Shown here one piece after another: positions 37,740 through 50,878 of a DNA stretch of 64,000 nt. The notes beneath the pieces were generated by a model. The model was not told the DNA's origin. It saw only the letters and a program-made list of their open reading frames with translations, and did not search any database. A program made the position numbers and the translations under genes. Source of the stretch: Octopus sinensis. Lineage: Eukaryota. Position 1 is the stretch's first letter. Each line of letters starts with the position of its first letter. The DNA lies in the NCBI RefSeq assembly GCF_006345805.1, contig NC_042998.1:34658001-34722000 (forward strand), written 5' to 3'.

Positions 37740-38956
37740 TGACTGCTTGAATGTTGTCAGGTCGGAAGAGAGATCAGATGAAGCATGCCTAAAAATGAAC
37801 ACCACCACAACCATTTTCTTTTCAGGCACTGAATAACAACCCTCCTCCGCAAATCTCACCCCACATTACTTTCCCAGTTTTCAGAGTTAGCACTGTCAAT
37901 GTTGGCACACTGAAAAGTAGGTCTAGTGAGATTGTAGAGATGCTTGAAAGGAGACGGGTTGAAATGTGCTGCATACAAGAGGTAAGATGGAGAGGAGCTT
38001 CAGCTAGGGTCCTCACAGGCAAGGCACATAGGTATAAAGTCTTCTGCCAAGGTAACATGGATGGTGTAGGAGGTGTTGACATACTCGTTGCGGAGAAATG
38101 GGTGAATAAGGTTATAGAGTTTGTCAGAATACGCGATAGAGTGCTTAAGCTCAGGCTAGTCCTACAGAACAGCACAGCTATAATTATCTCCGCCTACGCT
38201 CCACATGTGGGGCTACCAAATGATCAGAAGGACCACTTTTTATGATACCCTTCTACAGGCTACCTCAAAGACGAGTGGCAATGACCTCATCTTCGTGGCC
38301 AATATTAATGGGCATGATGGGCGGGAATCTGGTATCTTCACTGGGGTACACGGTGGCCATAGTATTGGCACCCCAAACGATGAAGGAACTAGGCTACTGG
38401 AGTTCTGTGATGCACGTAACCTTTTAATCTGCAACACTAACTTCAGGAAGCCAGACTGCCACCTTATAACCTATCAATCTGGGAAATCTGCTAGCCAGAT
38501 TGATTTCATCCTCAACAGACAGTGGGACGCTGGGCTGCTCTTAAATACAAAGACCTTCCCGGGTGAATAATCCCCCCCCCGGCATAGTCTAGTCATTAGT
38601 GACTTTAGGCTCGAGGCTAGAAGGATACCAAGAAGCAGACCAATCCACAAAAGAAGGATTTAGAAGCTAAAGAACCCTTCACGTGGTCACAGATTTAGGA
38701 ACATCCTCATCAAGAAATTTGGCGAGAGGGAAGAGGAACTACAGACATCGGACATAGAAGGTAGCTGGAAATTCCTATGAGACAGCTTGCTGAGTACTAC
38801 AGACCAAGTCTGCGGATGGTGCAAAGTCCCTTCCAGACCTAGAGTTACGTTGTGGTAGAATAGTACGGTAGACAAAGCCATTAGAGCAAAGAAACAGGCC
38901 TGGAAAGCCTGGAAGGATGGGGGTAGCAAGGAACTGTACCAGGTAGCCAAAAGGCT
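37740..38956 (+). mobile_element. RTE-clade LINE 5' fragment (AP endonuclease), frameshifted
   Basis: RVSTVNVGTLKSRSSEIVEMLERRRVEMCCIQEVRW...ISAYAPHVG...NGHDG...NDEGTRLLEFCDARNLLICNTNFRK...SQIDFIL; frameshift near 38240 and stops further downstream. Confidence 0.9.
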
Positions 38957-39108
38957 ACCGAATAATTACATTTAGAGATAAATTCTTCTATTTACATAAT
39001 ATCAAGGTCTCTTTCATTATTTTGTGGTTTTACTATTTTTATCAATATATATAAATATATATCTACTTATATGATATACACACATATAATATACATACAT
39101 ATATAAAT

Positions 39109-39143
<35 letters not shown>

Positions 39144-39374
39144 CATACATATACTTGCATATATAAATATATAAATACATGTGTGTATTTTTCCCTTGTT
39201 TGCAATTAACACGGAAAAAATAGAAAGTTACCAGAGTAGCAAAAGATCTCACGAGTAAAATGAGCGTCACACATTGTTTTTAAAGTTAGAAACTCCGGGT
39301 TTACGTGAAATATTTTGTATAATATATATAAATACATAAATGGAGTTAAATGCAGACGTTATTCAAATTCTGTA

Positions 39375-39461
39375 ACTTCCGACACGTTTCGAAGATATGA
39401 TTAGTATTATTCCAAAAGAATAAAATGGTGTAAAACAATATAATCTTCTAATCAGGGAAAT
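39375..39461 (-). ncRNA. Hammerhead-like motif downstream of the GIY-YIG remnant (G8U variant)
   Basis: Minus strand: ATTTCC-CTGATTA-GAAGAT-(46 nt)-ATCTTC-GAAAC-GT-GTC-GGAAGT; 6-bp stems I and II. Confidence 0.45.
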
Positions 39462-39779
39462 GTTGAAATAAAACTCGTCAATAAGATATTTCAACAGAAT
39501 ATGATGGATATGTATATTGATTAATTGAACGCTATTATGTGTATTTTTTATTTAAAAAAGTTATAGGATATAACGTCAAAGGTAGCCAATAGAAAGAGGA
39601 GGGGTAAACGAAAGAAAAAATCAGATACCAAATAAATGAGAAGTATAGAACGATATGCAAATTAAAAAACCCTTAAGTCTTGGAAAAAGATTTTTCTAGT
39701 GAAAGTGAAATGTAAGAAGAAAATCAAGGTTTAAATTATATATAATGATAGATATCTGTTATATGAACTAAAGGTATGT

Positions 39780-40200
39780 TTCTGCCAATGTTTACATCAG
39801 TAAGCACGCTCTATAACCCTGTTTACAAGGGGATTTTTTTAGAAAAAAAGAATAAAAAATAGTTCAGAATTACATAGAAGACAGAATTCCTTGCCTTTTT
39901 CGTAAGTGAACGAAATTGAGAGAATCAACCATTCTAAATTAAATTGTTCATTGTGGTCTTTTAGATACCAAATTAATTTACTAAGCCCTGTGCTGTTACG
40001 TTTATTCATATCCATAAATGTAGAGTAATGATTAGAAATTCTTTTAGATAACTGAGAAGAAGAGCTACCTATATACAAAAAGACATCGGTACCTGAAGTA
40101 ATTTTACACTCGTATATAGAATTTTTAATTTTAGAGTTACTTGACAAACTTAATTTTGTTGGAATTGACTACAGAGACAATAACCTTAAAATTTCTAGGG
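39780..40200 (-). pseudogene. Degenerate GIY-YIG endonuclease of a Penelope-like retroelement
   Basis: ORF 39839-40147 contains NSIYECKIT...LYIGSSS..LSKRISNHYSTF..MNKRNSTGLSKLIWYLKD...FCLLCNSE. After a stop it continues KNPLVNRVIERAY*CKH; an upstream C-L-C motif lies in another frame. Fits the PLE GIY-YIG plus Cys/His layout. Confidence 0.75.
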
Positions 40201-40349
40201 GCATGGATGGTATTAGCTAAATTAATATTAGTATTAGTAAATGTATTCTTATTTAACAGGCTAATATAAAAATATATAAATACAATATATATATATGTGT
40301 GTGTGTGAGTGTGTGTGTGTGTGTGTATAAGAATATAATATATATATAA

Positions 40350-40384
<35 letters not shown>

Positions 40385-40564
40385 AAATTTAAAGGACTGA
40401 CCACTAAAAGTGGACGGTTAACATGCTAGATATAGACGTCAAAATCGCTATTTACCACGAAGAATGTGTAAAAATGTGTAAAAATATTTTCATCTTCGGA
40501 TTTTTTAATATGCTAGGCCACTGGTTTTAATTGATTAATATCAATTTCAACCCTTATTCAATTT

Positions 40565-40610
<46 letters not shown>

Positions 40611-40614
<4 letters not shown>

Positions 40615-42119
40615 AAAACATTAAAGCGGACCCTAAGGCTTTCTATAGATATGCGAAAGAATCTGCTTCAGTGCGTTACAAAATAGGATCGCTACTAGAT
40701 GAAAACAGCTCACCAACTGCTGGCCCTCAGAAGATCAGTGAATTACTGAATGCACAATACAAGAGTGCTTTCAGCATACCACTGGGGAAGCTACGAGTGA
40801 CTGTAACGGATATGTTCTTTGACCCCGAAGACACATATTGTGAAATGGCAACTGCTGATAACATCAACATAAAGGAAACTGATGTGATATCAGCCATTGA
40901 AGAGCTGAGCTCGAACTCGACAACAGGCCCTGGTGGATTCTCTGCAATCCTCCTAAAGAAATGTAAAAGAGCTCTAGCTAGACCGCTTCAAATCCTTTTC
41001 CAGGAATCCCTCAAGATGGGGAAACTCCCCAAAAACTAAAAGAGGGAATAATATGCCCTATCCATAAGGGAGAAAGCAGCGCAGAGGCTAGGAATTATAG
41101 ACCTGTCTCCCTGACCTCCCACGTCAGTAAAGTCATGGAGCGCATTGTCAGGAAAAGACTGATCGAGTTTCTTGAGGACAATGACCTGCTCTCTGACACC
41201 CAACATAGTTTTCGCCTGGGAAGGAGCCTGTCTTACACAGCTTCTGCGACACTATGACTGGGTACTGAAGCAATGAATGAACTGCTCAAAGGTGGACGTG
41301 ATATACCTCGACTTTGCGAAGGCATTTGACAAAGTCGTCCATGGAATGATACGCCACAAAATACGGGGACTTGGCATCGCAGGTAAAGTCGGAGAGTGGC
41401 TGCATGATTTCCTAAAGGACAGGAGCCAAGCTGTAGCAGCCAACGGAGCTCTCTCCACAGAGACACCAATAGTAAGTGGAGTGCCCCGGGACACTGTGCT
41501 GGGGCCACTGCTTTTCATGGTAGCCCTATCGGATATGCCATCTGTGACAGAGGCAGCCATGCTTACCAGCTATGCCGACAGCACAAAAGTCGCACAGTCA
41601 AGGAAACCTCTGATGCTACGCTCTTGCAGAAATATCTAGATGCCATCTATACATGGGCTGAGGATAGCAACATGCAATTTAATGCAAGTAAATTTCAGGC
41701 CCTCCGCTACCAGTTAAGCACTGCTCAGGAATCATGACATCAGTACGTTGGAGCAAGTGGAGCAACAATCCCAGAATCAAATACAGTGCTTGATCTTGGA
41801 ATAGAAATGAGCAGCAATGCCTCATTTCACACACATATCAACAAAATGATAGCAGTATCCAGAAGACTGGCTGGTTGGATTCTGAGAACCTTCTGGACAA
41901 GGGACCAAGAAACTATGATGACACTATGGAAGTCATTTATCCTCAGCCGACTGCTCTTAGCTATGGTTACCTTATACTACAAGGACGATAGCAGAGCTTG
42001 AAGCAGTCAAAAGAAATTACACAAAGAAAATTGCGTCAATGGAACGACTGAGCTACTGGGACAGATTGAAAGAGCTGGGACTCTATTCCCTGGAACGAAG
42101 ACGGGAGAGGTATGCAGTG

Positions 42120-42125
<6 letters not shown>
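40611..42125 (+). mobile_element. CR1-type LINE reverse transcriptase half, degenerate
   Basis: IKNIKADPKAFYRYAK...GPGGFSAILLKKC...PIHKG...NYRPVSLTSHVSKVMERIV...YLDFAKAFDKV...SGVPRDTVLGPLLF...YADSTK...LYSLERRRERY, with stops and frameshifts. Confidence 0.92.
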
Positions 42126-42163
<38 letters not shown>

Positions 42164-42972
42164 AAGATACTGGATACTATATATATGTGTGTGTGTGTAT
42201 GTGTGTATGTATACATATGTGTATAAATACATACATATATGTGCATACATATATATACACACATGTATATATATATATACACACATGTATATATATATAC
42301 ACACATGTATATATATATATGTATGTGTATATGTGTGTGTATATATATACACATATGTATATATACATATATGTGTGTGTGTATATATATAAATATATAT
42401 ATACACATGTAAATATACGTATGTGTATATATATACATGCGTATATATAAATGTATATACGTATAAATGTGTATATACATACATATATATATATATAAAC
42501 GTGTATATATATATATTTATACGTATATATGTGTATATACATATATATATATATATAAACGTGTATATATATATATTTATACGTATATATGTGTATATAC
42601 ATATTTATACGTATATATGTGTATATACATATATATATATATAAATGTGTATATACATATATATATATATATATAAATGTGTATATACATATATATATAT
42701 AATGTGTATATACATATATATATACGTATGTGTATATACATATATATATACGTATATATGTGTGTATATACATATATATATATACGTGTATATATGTGTG
42801 TATATACATATATATATATATGTGTGTATACATATATATACGTATGTGTGTATATACAATATATATATACGTATACATGTGTGTATATACATATATATAC
42901 GTATGCATGTATGTACATACATATATATACGTATGCATGTATGTACATATATTTATGTATGTGCGTATGTAT
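42125..42972. repeat. (TA/TG/CA) microsatellite block
   Basis: Low complexity; separates the two CR1 halves. Confidence 0.9.
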
Positions 42973-45075
42973 GTCCGCTTTAATGCTTTTGTTAACCCTG
43001 GCTTCCTTTTCATGGACATGTTTGAATGTGTTTTCGATCTCAAGCAAGGTGCTTTCGAGGTGGATTCGTTTGAAATCTTTTAGATGTCCATTTAGACGGT
43101 TTGAGATTTTTGCTCTTCATCTCATTCGTACCCTCCTATCCCTGGGTATTATATTTTTCTTCGCCCATGGATTTGGTGTTCTCTTTGGTGTAAACTTACT
43201 GAAGATATCCTACATTGTTCCCATGAAGTTCTGGAATTTCATGTCGATGCTTTCCCTAGAGAGGATGGTGGACCAGTTACATTTGAGGACCTCTTTCTCA
43301 ATTCCCTTCTTGTCAGCTTTCTGGAAATTCAGGCTGGAGATGAGATGTGCGTTTCTAGTATTTCGTATGTCCGTGGTCTTTTGTGGTCCATACATCACTA
43401 GCTCTATTAAATTATGGTCCGAAAAAAGCGCCGGTGTCACTTTCAAGTCATGTATGAGTGCCGAGATGTTTGTGAAACATAGGTCCAGGATATTCTTTCC
43501 CCTTGTGCGGTGATGCACCATCTGCTTCATAAAGAGTATGTCTGTGAAGTCAAGCATAGACTCTGCATGCTTCCGATTTCGAAGTGACATACTTGAAAGG
43601 GGGCAACCCTCTGGCCATTTTACATGAGGGAGATTGAAATCCCCTAAGAGAAGAAAGCGCAGATCATTGTCGAGATTTTGTCAGAACAACTCTCGTTTTT
43701 TTGGAGGCCCTCTTCAAATAAATTCTCATGATCTGGCGCATCTGGTGGGCGATATGCGGTACATATTACCATCATCATCTGTTTAATGTGTACAACCAGA
43801 CTATCACACACAGTGTTGGAGTGCAGCAAGAGTACCATGGGCGTGACGTCACCACGGATGTACATTGCCACTCCTCCATGAGACCTTTCTCGTCTGTCGG
43901 TTCGTAGCAGAACATACCCTGGTATGTGTACCTTGGCATCCGATACATCCACATTTAGATGTGTTTCTGTTAGTGACACGCATATTGCCTGGTTACATGT
44001 CACAAGGTCCCTTAGGTATTGTGTTTTACGTTGGTGCAGTGTTATTGGGCCCCTGATGTTCAGAGAGAGTATTGACATGAGTAGCAGGGCGTCGGTGGTG
44101 TCCATAGGTCCGGCACACGCGGAGGTGTCAGGGGTGGCCACACCGGTTCCTTTGTTGTTTGAGGTGGACTCGGGTATTGGTATGTACCTTGCATGTAGGG
44201 TGTCTGGTGGAGCCAGGTCAGCTGTTCCGCAATTTTCTGCGCAACTTCCAAAAAAGCCCACTGTTGAGCGGCTGCCAACTGCACTGCATCCGTTGTCTGT
44301 TTCCCTCTAGGAGTTTTGCACTTATCTTCAGCACACTTCCATGGCGGTGGTATCGTATCGAGAGTCTTGCCGTTGCGGTTTTTGTCTTGTGGTGATCTGT
44401 TCTGCCTAGCCTTCGGATGATTAGGATGAGGGCTGCGTGCCTGGGGCTTAGGGTGAGTACATTTGCAGCCCACCCCCGTATCTTCATACCAGCAAGTACT
44501 TGTTTTGTAGAACTAGCAGATTGGTTTGTTTTTCTTTTTCTTTTTAGATACTTTGTCTCCGCAGGTTCTATGCTGTTGTACCTGTGTGTCCACTTGTGGT
44601 CTGCATCCTTTCTCACCTTGCGGTCTCTCTAGAATCTTTGTTCTGTCTTGTGTTTCCTTTTGTTTCAATTTACTGTTGTTGTCCCTTTCCTCTTTATATG
44701 TCCTCATTTTCGGCTTTGGCCTCTCTTGGCCGGCTTCGACACTCTTCTTGGGCTCACAGTTGTCCCATTTGACGTGTCTCTTCTCTACTCTGTTTTGGTC
44801 CTTTTCTGGTTCCATGTTGTCCTTGTTTTTGTTTTCCTCTTTCTCAATTTCGTTTTCCTTTTCTTCACTGCCATTTTCCTTTTCTTGTCTTGCTTCTAAT
44901 TGGACTATTTTGTTTAACATTTCAGTGTTCGGCAGTATGAGGTTGTAAGACCGGATGAGTTCGGTCTTTTTCCTCTCAATTTGTGCCATTGTTCGGTGGA
45001 AACCAAAACTCTCCAGGGAGTCTGCACTGAAAGTATTAGATGGCGCTCCTTCAGCTAGTTTCCATGACAAGAGCA
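42973..45075 (-). mobile_element. CR1-type LINE 5' half (ORF1-like region plus AP endonuclease), degenerate
   Basis: ILSLNIRG...LTETHL...LRTDRRERSHGGVAMYI...YRPPD (43644-44261), then [15 protein letters not shown]...SDHNLI (43210-43590). A charged coiled-coil-like ORF lies upstream (44513-45115). Ends at NKSIKAD. Confidence 0.88.
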
Positions 45076-45087
45076 TTATATGTACAT

Positions 45088-45138
<51 letters not shown>

Positions 45139-45360
45139 AAGGATGAAATATAATTAATTTAATAAAATAAAATCAATAAATTTCACCTAGTAGTCTTTCG
45201 GTATGGAAAGGACCATATTCGGTAAAAATTATATTATAATAAGTATATATAATATATATATATATATATAATATGTACATATATGCATGCACATATATAT
45301 CATCATCATCATCATAATCGTTTAATGTCCACTTTCATGCTAGCATGGGTTGGGCATATG

Positions 45361-45403
<43 letters not shown>

Positions 45404-45650
45404 ATTATTATTATATATTATTATTATATCAGGAAATCAGTATTAAAAATCAATATTAATAATAATATATTATATGAAATATAATAATCGCTCGTATTAA
45501 ATACATAAATAGTATTAATACTTTAACAGAATAGAGCATGCAATATAAATTCAGTATATGATATTCTCATTGGATATATTTAACTAAAGATTTGTATATA
45601 CGCGTATATATAATTATACACACACATGCACGCACATATGCACGCCCCTC

Positions 45651-45687
<37 letters not shown>

Positions 45688-45690
<3 letters not shown>

Positions 45691-45830
45691 CGTTAGGAAG
45701 GGCATCCAGCTGTAGAATCTCTGCCAGATCATATTGGAGCCTGGTGTAACCATCTCACTCACCAGTCCTTAGTCAAACCGTCCAACTCATGCCAGCATGG
45801 AAAGCGGACGTTAAACGATGATGATGATAT
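45688..45830 (+). mobile_element. Family C short copy
   Basis: GGCGTTAGGAAGGGCATCCAGCTGTAG...GGACGTTAAACGATGATGATG. Confidence 0.75.
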
Positions 45831-46299
45831 ACATACTTATACATAATAATTTCAATAGAGGCAATACAAGTGAAAACTAGAAGAACATAACCATATTCGA
45901 AAATCAAATACATATTCATATTCTTCTACATTTATAAAACGGAAATAAAAATTCCAAATATATAAATATAAAAATACACATAAATAGATAAATATCAATG
46001 TGATATATAAGACACAGTGAATTTTAGATTTAAAAGTTATAATGGTGTAATAAAAATTTGAGATAATAAAGTATTAAAAGGACGTACTAAAATGCCATGA
46101 AAATAATACAAAAATTTTTTTATTCTGTGTACGGGCCATTTCCTCTAGTTTTTGCTTATATTGCCTCCATTGAAATTATCAAGTGCAATATAGTTCAGTT
46201 GGAGCACTACAACTCCAGTCTGTATTTTATTTGCAAATATTGTTAACACTAGCAATCTCAAAATAAAGCTGTGTATTTTATACTTATAGTTATACTCTT

Positions 46300-46508
46300 T
46301 ACTCTTTTACTTGTTTCAGTCATGTGATTGTGGCCATGCTGGAGCACCGCCTTTAGTCGATCAAATTGACCCCAAGACTTATTCTTTGTAAGCCTAGTAC
46401 TTATTTTATCGGTCTCTTTTTGCCGCACCGCTAAGTTACGGAGACGTAAACACACCATCGTCGGTTGTCAAGCGATATTGGGGAGACAAACAGACACACA
46501 AACACGCC

Positions 46509-46564
<56 letters not shown>

Positions 46565-46730
46565 TACAACGGGCTTCTTTCAGTTTCCGTTTACCAAATC
46601 CACTCACAAGGCTTTGGTCGGCCCGAGGCTATAGTAGAAGACACTTACCCAAGGTGCCACGCAGTGGGACTGAACCCAGAACCATGTGGTTCATAAGCAA
46701 GCTACTTACCACACAGCCACTTCTGTGCCA
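46300..46730 (-). mobile_element. SINE family A
   Basis: Reverse complement of the consensus with an expanded (TA)n. Confidence 0.85.
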
Positions 46731-47055
46731 ATACATACATATGTACATACATCTATACATACCTATATACATTTACTTATAGATATATACTTATACATAT
46801 ACACACACACACACAGATATATATATATATATATATATTTGGTGAAATAGAAAGATGAATAATCTTGTTGCAGATTAATCAAAAGTTTAACCGATACCTT
46901 GGTAGCAAAAATCACAGCAGAAGAAAGCACGGTTGGAGGTACAACCATATGGTGTTGCAACCGTGCGTTGGTGCGGATAATTGAATTTTAATATTATTAG
47001 TGAATTGAAGAAATGGAGTTGAACGAAGATTGAACAGAAATCGTTTTATTGCATT

Positions 47056-47538
47056 CTACACGTGTTTTGAAAGCCACAATTTACCAAATTCCGATTGAAT
47101 AAGGAGACCATATTGTGTCTTTCTCTTCAGGAAGAAATAGGAATTCGGTTGGCAGAACAAAAACAGAACAGAGGCGCAGCAAAACAAATTGAACGTGGAG
47201 GCTCCTAAGAGCCCATGGCCAAACTGTTTATCAATGTATGTTGAAATCTGGTGGTGGATGCGTTGAAGATATTTACAGGTCAGGCAGCGGTCAATCCAGT
47301 GGGTGAGAGCACGGGGTGCGTAGATGTTCTTTGTGACCGAGACTAAGGTTCTGACTATTTTAAGAATATTAGGTGTATTATATGGGGCGAGACAAAATCT
47401 ACTTAGAAACATGTGTGTGTGAACTGTTCTATATGTGCGCGGCCGTAAGTTGGTAAAAAGCGCTACACAATGGTCACTGCTGAAAAATCCGTCAGGCGGC
47501 AGAAAATATTTTATGTGTTCGTGTGCTCGTCTAATCAT
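47056..47538 (-). CDS. Uncharacterised intronless 160-aa ORF in a CpG-rich island, possibly of viral or mobile origin
   Basis: Complex (non-microsatellite) ORF; AAAGC-ATG start context; AATAAA (47045-47050) 5 nt after the stop; tandem TATAAA-containing 13-mers upstream (47699-47724). Confidence 0.35.
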   Translation of the reverse strand: MIRRAHEHIKYFLPPDGFFSSDHCVALFTNLRPRTYRTVHTHMFLSRFCLAPYNTPNILKIVRTLVSVTKNIYAPRALTHWIDRCLTCKYLQRIHHQISTYIDKQFGHGLLGASTFNLFCCASVLFLFCQPNSYFFLKRKTQYGLLIQSEFGKLWLSKHV

Positions 47539-47840
47539 GCTTTGTCAAAACAAACCTCACGTCGTCAAAACAAAACACCATTAGCCTAATGGGAGTAATT
47601 CCCCTTGCAAGGGTTAATCCTATCTATCTTAAAAATCTTTTTCAAAAAATTATTTCCAAGGGCTATACTCATATAAGTAGGGTAACCGGGTGCAGGTATC
47701 ATTTATAAGCGTCATTTATAAGCGAGATAAGTATAATGCCGCCAATGGGGGCATCGAAAAGCCGACTGTAAAAGTCCGTTTACCATCCGGTCTCTGGCGA
47801 ACAATATATGGAAAATATATATATATACATATATATATAC

Positions 47841-47871
<31 letters not shown>

Positions 47872-48033
47872 CATACACACACACACATCTATACATAGAC
47901 TTGTGCCTCGTTGGCTAAGAGGGTTTTTACCACTTTTTCCAAGGATTGTAGGTGTTACATTGTGACAACTGAATTCTTCCGTTTTGGTTTTATATTATAC
48001 CCACTTTCATAAATCTCCAATTTTACATATATA

Positions 48034-48084
<51 letters not shown>

Positions 48085-49384
48085 TACACACGTGTGTGTG
48101 GGGGGGGAGGGGATATTTTTATATGTAAATACAGATTACATCTAGATTTAGATGCACATGTGTTTTTCTTTCTGATTTTATTTTATTATTTCCTTCATTG
48201 TTGTTTAATTTGCTTTTTTGGTTTACATCAAACTCGATGATATATATATATATATATATATGTTTGTATGTATGTATATATGTATGTACATATCTGTGTG
48301 CGTGCGTGTGTGCGTGTGTGTGTGTGAGTGTTTGCATGCGTGTAATTTTCACACCCTTGGCTACCAAATGGATTAGTATAATTATGGGATATTCTAAATT
48401 TGTGAAGATTCAGACAATAAACAATAAATTCCTAACAATATTAATTACATTCCTAAGATATTAATCATATTTCATCTGTGTGATAATTCGCTTATCAAAC
48501 AGCATCTGCAGATGCTATTTCACATGTTTGCTGTGTAAAGTAATTTATGTAAAACTGACAAATATGAGTAAATAAATATACGATATTCTTTTTGCATTGT
48601 TCTTCATCACTGAAATCTAATGTCTAATTGATTAGATAAGTGATGGGCAACATCACTTATCTAATCAATGAACAGTGTATATTAGATATCATAATTTTTA
48701 ATTATTTATGAGAAAAATTCATAAATTAGTAAAGGCTGTTTATTTGGTTGAACGAATACTACATTAGACTATGTTTAAAAGTTTTAAATTTGTTTCCTTA
48801 GATTCCGAGCAATAGCTCCAAATAAAATTGAGTATTAATAGAATCAATGACATTATTTTCATTCCACCACAAAATCTAGCTTATTTGGCGAGCATCAAAT
48901 GAGTTATTTATTTTTAAAAATGTCATCTAATAAAAAATAAAGGGAAAATGTTTTAATGAAGTCAGTTTCTTAATATCTTTAACTTAACAAATACGTTCGA
49001 ACTTCACTGATTGTTCTTGAAATATATTTTGTTAAAATAACTTTTTGGGACGGGATTCATGGCTTTCAAGACAGCTTAAATAAGAACAAGATCTCTAGAT
49101 GTGCACACCCACACACACACACACATGAATGCATTCACACACACATGCCTAGACATACATACCTATAAAGATACATTCTTCTACATATATAAAATATATA
49201 TAATATATGTACATATATGTGTGTGTGTGTGTATATATTACATATACATATATGTGTGTATATCTAATATATATACATGTGTATATATATAATATATAGA
49301 TATGTGTGTGTGTATATATAATATATATACATATATGTGTGTGTATATATTATATACATACATAATATATAAGCTATGCACTCC

Positions 49385-49920
49385 ATTCTGACTGGCCTGG
49401 TGCAGCCTTCGGGCTTGCCAGACCCCAGTTGAACCGTCCAACCCATGCTAGCATGGAAAGCGGACGTTAAACGATGATGATGATGATGATGATGATGATA
49501 TATATAAGCCATTCACCTCCATCCATATATATCATCATTGTTTAACATCCGCCTTCCATGCTAGCATGGGTTGGAAGTATGACTGAGGGCTGGCGAACCA
49601 GTTGGCTCCAATCTTGATCTGGCAGAGTTTTTACTGCTGGATGCCTTTCCTGATGCCAACCATTCCAAGAGTGCAGTGGGTGCTTTTACGTGCCACCGGC
49701 ACGAGGGCCAGTCAGGTGGTGCTGGCAATGGCCACACTCAGATGGTGCTTTTTACGTGCCACTTGCACAGGAGCCAGTCCAGAGGCACTGGCAACGACCT
49801 CACTTGAATGTCTTTTCACATGCCACTGGCACAAGTGCCAGTAAGGCAACACTGGTAACGATCACACTCGAATGGTGCTTCTTACATGCCACAGGCACAG
49901 AAACCATTTAGCCACTCTGG
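49385..49920. mobile_element. Two family C copies tail-to-tail (+ 49385-49500; - 49530-49920)
   Basis: Both carry CCATGCTAGCATGG and the GAT/CAT tail, in opposite orientations. Confidence 0.75.
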
Positions 49921-50497
49921 CATATACATATATATATAAACATAATTAAGGATAAAATCAATCAATGATCTTATCTGTGGCCAGTATGTAATTTGTATTA
50001 CTAAACCAGAAATTGGACGATCAAGAATTAACCTCAAAATTTTACTAAATCTATCTTATTCATTTGCTTGCTTTCAGCCTTGTGCTAATTGAGAGTGATT
50101 TGAAGTGGTTTTTTAGAAGTTTTTTTACTTCTATTTCTAGCATGTAGGTGCTGTTTTTCAGTACCTTTAATTAAAATAATATATGATTTATATTTAATAT
50201 CAATATATTAAATCAAGACACAGACAGTGGATAATCATTTAATTAATTGGAAAGACAAAATACGATTTAGCCTCAATATTTATTCTTTCACATTGTATTC
50301 CGTTTATCTGTTTATCTCACTTCCATATATGTGTGTGTGGGGGGGGGGGAGACTGTGAGAACTTGTAGAGCATCAAACAAAATGCCTTGTGTCATTCAAT
50401 TACATTTCTTCATGTTCTACAAATAAATCATGTTGGGTTGGAGAAATAAAGGGCCAACAAGAATAGGAAGCCAAAAAAAAAAAATTGTGACCTTTTA

Positions 50498-50878
50498 GGC
50501 GCAGGAGTGGTTGTGTGGTAAGTAGCTTGCTAACCAACCACATGGTTCCGGGTTCAGTCCCACTGCGTGGCATCTTGGGCAAGTGTCTTCTACTATAGCC
50601 TCGAGCCAACCAAAGCCTTGTGAGTGGATTTCGTAGACGGAAACTGAAAGAAGCCTGTCGTATATATGTATATATATATATATGTGTGTGTGTGTTTGTG
50701 TGTCTGTGTTTGTCCCCCTAGCATTGCTTGACAACCGATGCTGGTGTGTTTACGTCCCCGTAAAGAGACCGATTGAATAAGTACTGGGCTTACAAAGAAT
50801 AAGTCCCGGGCTCGACTAAAGGTGGTGCCCCAGCATGGCCGCAGTCAAATGACTGAAACAAGTAAAAGAGTAAAGAGT
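50498..50878 (+). mobile_element. SINE family A
   Basis: Same consensus. Confidence 0.85.

Noticed and set aside
45180-45232. Hammerhead-like remnant on the minus strand (TATGG...CCATACCGAAAGACTA)
   Set aside because: CUGANGA box missing; too degenerate to call.
46000-46150. Possible Helitron 3' end (…ACGGGCCATTTCCTCTAGT)
   Set aside because: Hairpin incomplete and no clear 5' TC end.
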